Assembly: GCA_965262115.1 (NCBI GenBank)
Contig: OZ253496.1
Coordinates: forward strand, 1,536,001 to 1,600,000
Origin: Nitrospinales bacterium
Lineage (GTDB): Bacteria > Nitrospinota > Nitrospinia > Nitrospinales > VA-1
DNA: 64,000 bases
Direction: 5' to 3'
A program made the position numbers and the translations under genes. Below the pieces are notes generated by a model. That model saw nothing but the letters and a program-made list of their open reading frames with translations. It ran no database searches and had not been told where the DNA came from. Below, in pieces: positions 54,779 to 64,000 of the stretch (the first letter of the stretch is position 1; each line of letters begins with the position of its first letter).

Positions 54779-57569
54779 GTGGTTACTTTGAAAAGCCGTG
54801 CTGTATTGAGTGCTGTGCAGTCTGCGTCCAGTTCTGGTTCGTCGGGTGAGGGGCACGCCCTATGCGCTGTGAGAAACCCCGCACTACCGAAGAAAGTCTT
54901 CCGCCATTTCCTGGCTTCATGCCCGTCCCTGGTCCGGTTATGCACAGTCGCCATCCTTGTCCTGCTGTTCATGGCCCCCGTTGCCAGCGCCCAAGTCACC
55001 GCCAATGCCGGGGACGATCAGATCGTCGCAGAGGGCGCGTTCGTCACGCTTGACGGCGGTGACAGTTCCGGCCCCGGCAGTGCGCTGACCTATGAATGGA
55101 GGCAGACCGCCGGTACTGAGACCGCTCTCCCAGTCGTGCTAGACGACATTGCGGCAATCTCACCAACCTTCACTGCGGGTACCGCCGTGGAACTGGAATT
55201 TGAATTGACCGTGAGTGATGGTACCTCCTCGGATACCTACGAGGTGGTGGTCAGTGTAGTTCCGAACACTGTCCTGAGTTTCGGTACGGCCACAATCTCC
55301 GACCGGACTTTTATATTTACACAGAATACACTGGTTGGCGAAATGACCGCCCTGCACGTAGCCAGTGGCGGCAACGTGCCCCTGACCTACAGCATAATAG
55401 AGACGCTGCCAGCGGGGCTAAGCTTTAATCCTGTCACCCGCACAATCAGCGGCACCCCGACCGCCGTTAGCCAGAGAGCTATCTATACATACGAGGTCAG
55501 CGACGCGGATGCTGACACCGTTAACAACAGTGTTTTCATCACCGTTAATCCCGACCCCGCCATCATAGTCAACCAGGCTCCGACCGCCGTGGTCGTGCAG
55601 CTTGCGGATCAGACCCCAAGCCCGTTGATAACGGAGGACATAGTCAACCCCCCCCCATCACTGGCGTTGACGGCGGCGTTCTGATCACGCTTGACGGCAG
55701 CCGCAGTTTTGATCCCGACGGCGATACCCTGGCCTACCTCTGGACCCAGGTTCTTGGTCAGGATATTCTGGCCGAAGGAGCCTTCTCCTCTGAAGAAATA
55801 AGCCCTCAAATCACCATTCCGGCCGACTTCCCTGTCGGAACGGAGCTGGAGTTCAGATTGACTGTGACCGATAGTCCGCAGCCGGGCCAGCCAAGCCTAT
55901 TCACCATCGACACCGTGACCATCACCGTCGTCACGGACGGGACTGCTCCGGTCATTACCCTGAACGGTATGGCGACGGTCTCCATCGATCTGGGTTCTAC
56001 CTATGCGGACGACGGGGCAAGCGCCACAGACAACATTGACGGGGATATTTCCAGCTCGATCACAACGACCATTACCGACAGCAGCGGTGCTGTGATCGCT
56101 GCGGTCGATACCGGTACGGTTGACGTCTACACCATCACCTACACGGTCTCCGATGCGGCGGACAACCCGGCCGTTGCCGTTATTCGCACCATCAGCGTCA
56201 CCGCTGATGTGACGAGGTTTGCCGACCTCAATAACGCGGTCCTGCCGGAAGTGGCGCGTGCCATAGCAGACCAGACGGTGGGTGCGATAACAGAACGTAT
56301 TGGTCAGGCCAGGAATGGTACGACCCGTTCTGTGTCACCATCGCCGGGCAGTCCACATTGACCGGGGCGGCATCTGCCCACGGGCAGGCCATAGCCGATG
56401 GCACGCTGAGTCTGAAGGATGTACTGGGTAACTCCGACTTTGTACTGCCGCTGGATGATATGGGCGGCATGGACAACGGGATGCTCTCCTCCCTGACCTT
56501 ATGGGGCGGGGGCGGCTACCGCAGCTTCGAAAGTTCCGGCGGGAGCGTGAACTTCGACGGCGACCTGTTCAGCGCCCATCTGGGACTGGACGCCCGACCG
56601 CGCGACGATCTGCTGATCGGTCTGGCGGCGTCCTGGAGCCAGAGCGATCTTGACTACAGAGGAGGCCTCGACCTGAACGGCGAGCACAAGCTGGACCTCA
56701 CCAGCGTCCACCCCTATGTGAGCTGGGAAGTATTGGCCGGACAACTGGACCTGTGGGCCACTGCGGGCTACGGCTGGGGTGACCTTGAGATCGCCAATGA
56801 CGGGCTAGACCGTGTATCGAGTGATGTCGAGACGCGGACTGTGAGTGTGGGCGGTGATTATCAGTTGCCGCAGATAGGATCAACCACGTTCCGGCTCAAG
56901 GGTTCAGCCTTGCTGACCGAGCTGGAAGTGGATGGCAGCGATGATATAGAAGCGCTGGATGTGGAGGCCAGCCTGTTTCGGATGGTCCTGGAAGGGGCCC
57001 ATAAGCACATGTTGTCTGACGGGGCTTATGTGGAGCCGAGCCTGGAGGCTGGAGTGCGGTATGACGGCGGCGACGGCGAAACCGGTTTCGGGGCCGAGCT
57101 GGGTGCCGGTTTCCGTTACACCGATCCGACCGTCGGCCTGACTCTGGAAGGCAGGGCGCGGACTCTGGTGGGACGGGACAATTATGAGGAATGGGGCGTT
57201 TCCGGCCTGATTCTTCTGGAGCAGGGCCGAAACGGGCGGGGACTGTCGTTCAGTCTGAGTCCCGGCTACGGCAGTACAGACAGCGGCACGCAAAAAGTAT
57301 GGCAGGAGGGTCTGCGTGACGAGATCAGCCGGGATTACGGCGTGCGGTTGGACACCAGTCTTGGTTACGGGCTGACCGCTCCCGGCGGACGGGGACTGCT
57401 GACTCCCTACAGCGAGATGACCTTCGGCGGCTCTTCCAGGAGCTACCGCCTGGGGATGAGATGGGAACTTGATGCGTTGTTTGACCTGAACCTGACCGGT
57501 GAACGCAGTGAAAGCAACAGCAACACCACCGATCACGCCATCATGCTGAAGGGCGATATCCGGTTTTAA
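54779..57569 (+). pseudogene. Autotransporter-like surface protein (PKD/Ig/DUF5011-type repeats + C-terminal beta-barrel) with two frameshifts
   Basis: ANAGDDQ..VTLDG, LPAGLSF..ISGTP and APVITLNG..ATDNIDGD motifs; terminal Phe barrel; frameshifts at C9 55648-55656 and near 56332. Confidence 0.8.
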
Positions 57570-57666
57570 CCCGGTTGTGGTCATTGAGTGAAGCGCGGCT
57601 CAAGCCGCACTTCCGGCAACCCTGCCAGTCCTGCCGTCTGCAACGGTCTTGTGTGGGCGTGGCCCG

Positions 57667-58206
57667 TTAATAATGGATCATGGAGTGAACGGGGGTGTTT
57701 TTGAGTTTTTCCCGGCCTTTCAGGAAGTCTAGTTCGATCAAGAAGGCGGCTTCCACAACTGTTACATTGCTAAAATTTTTCTGGATCAAATCGAGGGTGG
57801 CGGCCAGGGTTCCTCCGGTGGCCAGCACATCATCAATGACGAGGATATTTTGTCCTGGCCGGAATGCATCCTGATGAACTTCGACGGTATCGGTTCCGTA
57901 TTCCAGGGAATAGGTTTCCTGAAAAGTTTTGTAAGGCAGTTTGCCCGGTTTTCGAACCATGACCACTCCTGTACCCAGCGCATAGGCCAGGGCTGAGGCA
58001 AAGATAAACCCGCGCGCTTCCACGCCGACCACCACGTCTACCCGCTTATCTGCGTAACGATCCTTCAGGGAATTAATGGTTTTCTGGAAGGCGACAGGGT
58101 CGCCCAGGAGCGGCGTGATATCTTTAAAGATGATTCCCTCTTTGGGGAAGTCTGGAACATCGCGGATGATTTGTTTCACAGCGGTCTCACCTTGCTTAAA
58201 ATTCAT
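57667..58206 (-). CDS. apt: Adenine phosphoribosyltransferase
   Basis: PDFPKEGIIFKDITP, EARGF and DDVLATGGT motifs. Confidence 0.96.
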   Translation of the reverse strand: MNFKQGETAVKQIIRDVPDFPKEGIIFKDITPLLGDPVAFQKTINSLKDRYADKRVDVVVGVEARGFIFASALAYALGTGVVMVRKPGKLPYKTFQETYSLEYGTDTVEVHQDAFRPGQNILVIDDVLATGGTLAATLDLIQKNFSNVTVVEAAFLIELDFLKGREKLKNTPVHSMIHY

Positions 58207-58263
58207 ATTTGCTCTGAGTTGTGACCCTGGTTTTTTATCAAAGATCTGGATAAAAAGAAAACC

Positions 58264-58971
58264 TTATCTTTTGAGAGGCAGATATTTTACAGGATCTTTG
58301 GGATGCGTGTCGTTTCGCACTTCAAAATGGAGATGGGATCCGGTGGACCGGCCGGTGCTTCCCATCAGAGATATTTTTTGTCCCTGCTTGACCCGGCTTC
58401 CTTTTTTAGCGATGAGTTTTGAGTTATGCGCATAAAGGGTGGTCAGATGATGTCTGTGTTTGATGATGACCATTTTCCCATAGCCGGTGGGCCCCCAGCC
58501 ACTAAACACCACCTCACCTGCGGCAGCGGCATGAACGGGAGTTCCTTTGGGTGCGGCAATATCGATTCCTTCATGCCTGCGCCCGTTTCGCATCCCGAAT
58601 CGAGACGTCAGAGTTCCCTTCGTCGGCCAGACGAGAAAACCTTTGCGGGGTTTGACGGTGGGCGATGATTTCTTTTTTGCGGTACGGGATACAGGTTTAT
58701 CGGGGACCTTTAAAACCCGGCGGGCTCCCGGTATCCATAACCGGATTCCTTCCCGGAGTTTTGCGGGATCTCTTATATGGTTGGCGCGCCGCAGAACTTC
58801 CACACCCAGATCATAGGTTTTGGCAATGCGGTACAGGGTCTGGCCTTTTTGTACCGTGTGGTACACCCCTTCCCCCTTTTCGGGCCAGGGATCGAATTGG
58901 AAACTCTGGCATCCCGTAAGGAATAAAATGATAATAAAAAAAACTGATTTGTAATAATGATGGCAGGACAT
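58264..58971 (-). CDS. LysM + M23 peptidase lipoprotein (NlpD-like)
   Basis: LTGC lipobox; LysM; HEGIDI and HLHFE motifs. Confidence 0.9.
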   Translation of the reverse strand: MSCHHYYKSVFFIIILFLTGCQSFQFDPWPEKGEGVYHTVQKGQTLYRIAKTYDLGVEVLRRANHIRDPAKLREGIRLWIPGARRVLKVPDKPVSRTAKKKSSPTVKPRKGFLVWPTKGTLTSRFGMRNGRRHEGIDIAAPKGTPVHAAAAGEVVFSGWGPTGYGKMVIIKHRHHLTTLYAHNSKLIAKKGSRVKQGQKISLMGSTGRSTGSHLHFEVRNDTHPKDPVKYLPLKR

Positions 58972-59299
58972 TTTATAGGGGCTTGAATATGCTCTAACTT
59001 ATTGAAAATTGTAGCATTTTTTCAAATTCGTTTACAAGTTTCGCAGCATCCTGTATAACCGAAAAATCGTTTTAGCGGAGAGCCTCCGCTGGCAACCGGC
59101 AAGGGCATGAAGGCTAATGATGGGGATATCACAAGCCAAGATAATTTTTTCTAGCCAGACGTGATATTTTTCTTAAGTCTTCGTGCCCCTGTGATATCCC
59201 CTCCGCTAAATTCATGCCCGGAACGGGTAGAAGGGGTAAATAGTTATTACCAGTTGCCTCCACGGCTAGTGGTGGGATTTAGAATCGGGAAAAACTACG

Positions 59300-60448
59300 A
59301 TGAAAAAGTCGGTACGGTTAGATATAAAAATTCTGCTTTCCATATCAGGAGCCCTTTTGCTATCCGGTTGCGGACAAAGCCAGCCCTCCCCGGATTTGTT
59401 CGCTCTGCCGGTTTCCTATATGGTCGGGAAAAAACCTGAAGTGGTGTTAGCTCATGACATGAACAACGATGAGTTCCCCGATCTTCTGGTAGTCAACTCG
59501 GGGGACAATTCCCTGAATTTCCTGGAAGGCCTCGGAGACGGCACTTTCAAAGACCCGCAAACTATTGAAACCGGGCGCGAACCTTTTGCCCTGGATGTGG
59601 CGGACTTCAATGGCGATCGCATTCCTGATATTGCTTTATGCAATTATGGTGATGGAAATGTTTCTATCATCCTCGGACAGAAAGACGGGTTGTTCAAGCT
59701 GAAGACCGATGTGAAGGTTGGGCGGCTTCCCATCGCGATTAAAGCGGGCGATTTTAATAACGATGAGAAAACCGACCTCGCCGTGACTCTGCGCTTCAAT
59801 AAACTGATCATCCTTCTTGGAGTGGGAGATGGCACTTTTAAAGTCGCCGAGGCCTATCAGGCCGGTCCCACTCCCGCATACATTACCATTGACGATTACA
59901 ACAGCGATGGCAATCAGGACATTGCTATGGCGCTCAACGCAGTCAAGGTGAGGCATATTAAAATGTTTTTAGGCAATGGAGACGGCACTTTCCTGCCGCC
60001 CAAAAAAATTGCCGGTGGTAACCAGTCCTCGTTCATCATTCACCACGATATGAACCTGGATGGGCAGACAGACCTGATCGCATCCAGCCCGATGAGGGAC
60101 AGCCTAACTATTTATATAGGAGATAAAAAAGGCACGTTCTTCAAACTGGAAGACTTTGCCGGAGAAAAAGGGCCGCATAATATTGTGGCGGGGGACTTCA
60201 CCGGCGACAAGGTTCCCGATATTGTGGTGTGCAACCGCAGAGGGGGGACCATATCTGTGATTCCAGGGAGAGGTGACGGAACATTTATTTATCCACATTT
60301 TAATTATGTCGTGGGTTCCCAGCCCCGTTCCATTACTGGCGCAGACTTCAACCTTGATGGCATGATGGATATTGCCGTCGTGCTTTACCAGAAACAAATC
60401 CTCGAAGTTTTTTTAAGGAAGGCCAATGTCCCGCTGAACGACTTGTAA
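59300..60448 (+). CDS. FG-GAP/VCBS repeat lipoprotein
   Basis: LSGC lipobox; repeated DFNGD..D and GDGTF motifs. Confidence 0.88.
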   Translation: MKKSVRLDIKILLSISGALLLSGCGQSQPSPDLFALPVSYMVGKKPEVVLAHDMNNDEFPDLLVVNSGDNSLNFLEGLGDGTFKDPQTIETGREPFALDVADFNGDRIPDIALCNYGDGNVSIILGQKDGLFKLKTDVKVGRLPIAIKAGDFNNDEKTDLAVTLRFNKLIILLGVGDGTFKVAEAYQAGPTPAYITIDDYNSDGNQDIAMALNAVKVRHIKMFLGNGDGTFLPPKKIAGGNQSSFIIHHDMNLDGQTDLIASSPMRDSLTIYIGDKKGTFFKLEDFAGEKGPHNIVAGDFTGDKVPDIVVCNRRGGTISVIPGRGDGTFIYPHFNYVVGSQPRSITGADFNLDGMMDIAVVLYQKQILEVFLRKANVPLNDL

Positions 60449-60654
60449 ATGAGCCTCTCTTCTGCATGAGACTTTTAACAATCGCGAACGAACCAATCCG
60501 GGCTGGTTTTACCGCAGATGAACACGGATGGACACCGATAGAAAATTCCTCCCCTGATAAGTGGAGGTCAGGAGGGGTTTGGGTTTTAACTGTCTCTTAC
60601 CCAAAAGCGGCTATTCGACAGGGATTGATCAGGGCTTTCTCTACACGCGGAAAC

Positions 60655-60810
60655 TCATACTTCGGGCCAGCACCGGCACCCGCAATCTTCGCCAGGATGA
60701 CCCGTATTTGGGAGAATTATTCCAGTAAACAATTTACCCTTCTCTTGCTTTGTGGCTGTCTCTTGCATTTTTGTCTTTCAGCGTTCGCCATTTGTATTTC
60801 TTTTTGAACT
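60655..60810 (-). pseudogene. Relic of a phage MuF/SPP1 gp7-like minor head protein
   Basis: Manual translation KYKWRTLKDKNARDSHKAREG*IVYWNNSP/GHPGEDCGCRCWPE with one stop and one frameshift. Confidence 0.6.
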
Positions 60811-60858
60811 CGGCCAGAGTTTTACACCTGTCCTGGGGAGTTGGCCTCAAGTTCGTAG

Positions 60859-61191
60859 TCATAGGCGATCTTGTTCAAGAAGAATATCAATCGTTTGTTT
60901 GATAGCTTTGATATGGTTTTTTGCGGAGGGCATGCCATCGTGATGCGGGTCTTCCTCTTCCAGTGAGATGATGCCGGGGCCGAGGTAGTTGCAGTAAAAC
61001 GTTCCCAGTGGGCGGAACTTTTCCATCGGTTCATCTTCCAGGCGGGAGTTGACGACAACCGTTGTTACTGTGTCGTCTGGATCGGGATAAACCTCGAACA
61101 ATCCGCCCTTCTGGATCGTGTGTTCCTGGCAGTATGCAATAATGCGTTCGACATCTTCGGGAGCAAGCGCCTTGTAAACGGTGTGCAACAA
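60859..61191 (-). CDS. Hypothetical protein
   Basis: GGAG RBS; 110-aa ORF with globular composition. Confidence 0.6.
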   Translation of the reverse strand: MLHTVYKALAPEDVERIIAYCQEHTIQKGGLFEVYPDPDDTVTTVVVNSRLEDEPMEKFRPLGTFYCNYLGPGIISLEEEDPHHDGMPSAKNHIKAIKQTIDILLEQDRL

Positions 61192-61343
61192 TCATCTCCT
61201 GTTTTTGGTTGATGCATTAATTTTAACAGATTTCCGGCGTAGCCGCTGGCTGCTCGCCGCAGGGGCAATAGGCCCTTGCTATCTGCCCCCACGGCTAGTG
61301 GGGGTTGACTTTATCCACCTAACTTTGATACACCCGGACCACT

Positions 61344-62231
61344 ATGCATTTTCAAGACATCATTCTCAATCTGCAAAACTACTGGTCGTCCAGGGGATGC
61401 GCCCTGCACCAGCCCTATGACATTGAAGTGGGAGCGGGGACGTTTAATCCCTGCACATTTTTCCGGGTATTGGGTCCGGAGCCTTATAGTGCCGCCTATG
61501 TCGAGCCTTCACGCAGGCCCACCGATGGCAGGTATGGGGAAAACCCCAACCGTCTCCAACATTATTACCAGTTTCAGGTTATCTTAAAGCCATCGCCCGA
61601 AGATGTGCAGAACCTTTATCTCGACAGCCTGACTTCACTGGGAGTGGATCCGCTTCAACACGATATTCGTTTTGTGGAGGACGATTGGGAGTCGCCCACT
61701 CTCGGGGCTTGGGGTTTGGGATGGGAGGTCTGGCTGAATGGCATGGAGATCACCCAGTTTACTTATTTCCAGCAGGTGGGGGGCATAGACCTGAAACCGA
61801 TCACGGTCGAGTTGACGTATGGGCTGGAACGCATCGCCATGTATCTGCAGGATGTGGACAACGTCTATGATCTTAAGTGGAATGAAAATATTTTATATGG
61901 CGATGTCCATCTTGAAACAGAAAAGCAGTTCTCGCGTTACAATTTTGAAGCGTCGGGTAAGGAACGATTATTTCAGTGGTTCGATATGTATGAAGCGGAA
62001 GCGAAAGATTTGCTGGGGCAGGAACTGGTTCTGCCTGCATATGACTACACTTTAAAATGTTCGCATACCTTCAATCAGTTGGATGCCCGCGGAGCGATCA
62101 GTGTCACGGAGCGAACCGGGTTCATTGGCCGGGTGAGGAACCTGGCCCGGTTATGCGCTGAAAGCTATGTGCAACAGAGGGAAGCGATGGAGTTCCCCTT
62201 GCTGAAAAAGCAGGGCAATCTGCAAGCCTGA
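61344..62231 (+). CDS. glyQ: Glycine--tRNA ligase alpha subunit
   Basis: [18 protein letters not shown] and ELTYGLER motifs. Confidence 0.97.
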   Translation: MHFQDIILNLQNYWSSRGCALHQPYDIEVGAGTFNPCTFFRVLGPEPYSAAYVEPSRRPTDGRYGENPNRLQHYYQFQVILKPSPEDVQNLYLDSLTSLGVDPLQHDIRFVEDDWESPTLGAWGLGWEVWLNGMEITQFTYFQQVGGIDLKPITVELTYGLERIAMYLQDVDNVYDLKWNENILYGDVHLETEKQFSRYNFEASGKERLFQWFDMYEAEAKDLLGQELVLPAYDYTLKCSHTFNQLDARGAISVTERTGFIGRVRNLARLCAESYVQQREAMEFPLLKKQGNLQA

Positions 62232-62415
62232 AACAATCAATCCCCTCCGGACCATTTATCTATTTGAGCCTTGATATCACTGGACATGCGATGATCAGGG
62301 GTCCAAAGGGGGACTCTCCTTGCTGATGGTTGACTTTGTGGGTATTTATTCGATAATACCCGTTTTTGCTCAAGTTGGTCACCTTTTGCCACGGCTTTAA
62401 ACTGAACGGTACGAT

Positions 62416-64000
62416 ATGCCCGAGTTTTTTCTAGAAATTGGTTCTGAGGAAATCCCTTCAGGATATGTTCAGCCTGCCCTCGAATATATGCGTGAGGAGT
62501 TGGCGGCCTTTTTTGCTCGCAACCGGATTCAGGCCGAGATTCCGGAAATTCTGGGTACGCCCAGAAGGTTGGTGGTATCGGTCAAAGGAGTGCAGGCCTT
62601 GCAGGAAGATTGCGTGGATCTTTTTCATGGCCCCAGTGTCTCTGTGGCTTATGACGATCAGGGAAAACCCACCAAGGCGGCAATTGGGTTTGCCCGTAGT
62701 AAGGGTTTGGATGTTTCCGCCTTAACCCGGGAGAACACTGCAAAAGGAGAAGTGGTCTGCGCCCGTGTAGAAAAAAAAGGCCGCCCTACTCCTGACTATC
62801 TCAATGAATTCCTGCCGCAGTTCGTGGGCAATATCCCCTTTCCTAAAAAAATGCGCTGGCAAAACAAGACCCGCCCCTTCGCACGGCCTTTACATTGGAT
62901 CACCGCAATATTTGATGGAAAGCCTTTGCAGTTCAGTTTTGATGGTATTGGGTGTGGTGATTTTTCGCTGGGACATCGGTTTTTAAAACCCGATAAATTC
63001 CAGGTGAAAAACCTGGCCTCTTATTTAGAGGAGAGCGCCAACCATTTTTTAATGGTCGACCCGGAGCTAAGGAAACAGAAAATTCTTGAGCAGGTGCAAA
63101 ACCTCGCCCAAGAGGCAGGAGGGTTGGTGGAAGATGACCCGGACTTATTGAATACCGTCAATTATCTGGTGGAGTATCCGATAGCCATTCGGGGAGATTT
63201 TGATGCCGATTTTCTGGAATTGCCCAAGGAGCTATTGGTGATGACGATGAAGTACCACCAGAAATATTTTCATGTCTCTGATGGAAAAGGAAATTTACTG
63301 CCCTGCTTTATCACGATCAGCAATATGCCTGAAGGTCCTAAAATAAAAAGTGGCAACGAGCGGGTTTTGCGTGCCCGGTTGGAGGACGCCAGGTTCTTCT
63401 ATAATGAAGATAAAAAGAAAAAGCTGGATGATTTTGTGGACGCATTAAAAGGCGTTGTGTTCCAGAAAAAACTGGGAACGCTGTATGAAAAAATGGAAAG
63501 AATTTGCGGTCTTGCCGGAGTTTTGTCCGCTCATGTCTGTCCGGATAAGAAATCCCAGGCACTGAGAGCCGGGCGTTTATGCAAGGCCGATCTGGTGACC
63601 CTGATGGTTTATGAGTTTCCGGAATTGCAGGGCATCATGGGCGGATATTATGCGTCCCATTCTGGAGAGGCGCCCGAAGTCTCGCAGGCGGTCCAGGAAC
63701 ATTACCGTCCTGCTTTTGCCGGAGATGCTCCTCCCGAAAGTGAGTTGGGAGCAGTCATCGCAGTTGCGGACAAGCTCGATACTATTTTAGGCTGTATCGG
63801 GGTGGGTTTGATCCCCACTGGTTCTGAAGACCCGTATGCTTTGAGACGAAATGCACTGGGCATCATCCAGATTTTTCTTAATCGGGGTTGGCAGCTATCG
63901 CTGGACAGCCTGGTGGAAGAAGGTCTGCGCTTGGTGGGCTCGAAACTCAAACTGGAACCCGAAGCCATTAAAAATCATGTGATGGATTTATTTTCTCAGC
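62416..64000 (+). CDS. glyS: Glycine--tRNA ligase beta subunit (partial, runs off window; absent from ORF track)
   Basis: MPEFFLEIGSEEIP, TPRRL, LVEYP, EFPELQG and TGSEDPYALRR motifs. Confidence 0.95.
   Translation, partial: MPEFFLEIGSEEIPSGYVQPALEYMREELAAFFARNRIQAEIPEILGTPRRLVVSVKGVQALQEDCVDLFHGPSVSVAYDDQGKPTKAAIGFARSKGLDVSALTRENTAKGEVVCARVEKKGRPTPDYLNEFLPQFVGNIPFPKKMRWQNKTRPFARPLHWITAIFDGKPLQFSFDGIGCGDFSLGHRFLKPDKFQVKNLASYLEESANHFLMVDPELRKQKILEQVQNLAQEAGGLVEDDPDLLNTVNYLVEYPIAIRGDFDADFLELPKELLVMTMKYHQKYFHVSDGKGNLLPCFITISNMPEGPKIKSGNERVLRARLEDARFFYNEDKKKKLDDFVDALKGVVFQKKLGTLYEKMERICGLAGVLSAHVCPDKKSQALRAGRLCKADLVTLMVYEFPELQGIMGGYYASHSGEAPEVSQAVQEHYRPAFAGDAPPESELGAVIAVADKLDTILGCIGVGLIPTGSEDPYALRRNALGIIQIFLNRGWQLSLDSLVEEGLRLVGSKLKLEPEAIKNHVMDLFSQ

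Overview
Chromosomal 64-kb window, mostly housekeeping genes. These include rpmI start/infC/thrS, the TPP-riboswitch-controlled thiS-thiG-thiE-thiC operon, an Mla/Mce ABC transporter preceded by an Rsb partner-switching module, TPR-lolB-like-ispE-tRNA-Gln-prs-rplY-pth-hppA-mqnA, hisIG, ribF, mnmG, pfkA, rimO, recN, apt, glyQ and glyS, plus three tRNAs. The protein content suggests a marine Nitrospinota-like bacterium (inference only, no search run). Accessory items are a frameshifted Fic gene, a type II restriction-modification pair, IS1182 and IS30 remnants, two DUF559 nuclease genes each bracketed by long inverted repeats, a GC-rich frameshifted autotransporter and a phage MuF-like relic. 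The most striking signal is in the intergenic DNA, which holds a nested set of small repeats. Among them are about 20 copies of a 39-41 bp micro-element (consensus TACCCCTNCGGGGCA-x-GAA..N..TATCAC-x'). It inserts without target duplication into hairpin repeats, and three times it has inserted into another copy of itself exactly after nt 9. It shows compensatory stem changes, and position 16 is complementary to its terminal base. Several conserved genes carry frameshifts, so assembly indel errors cannot be excluded.
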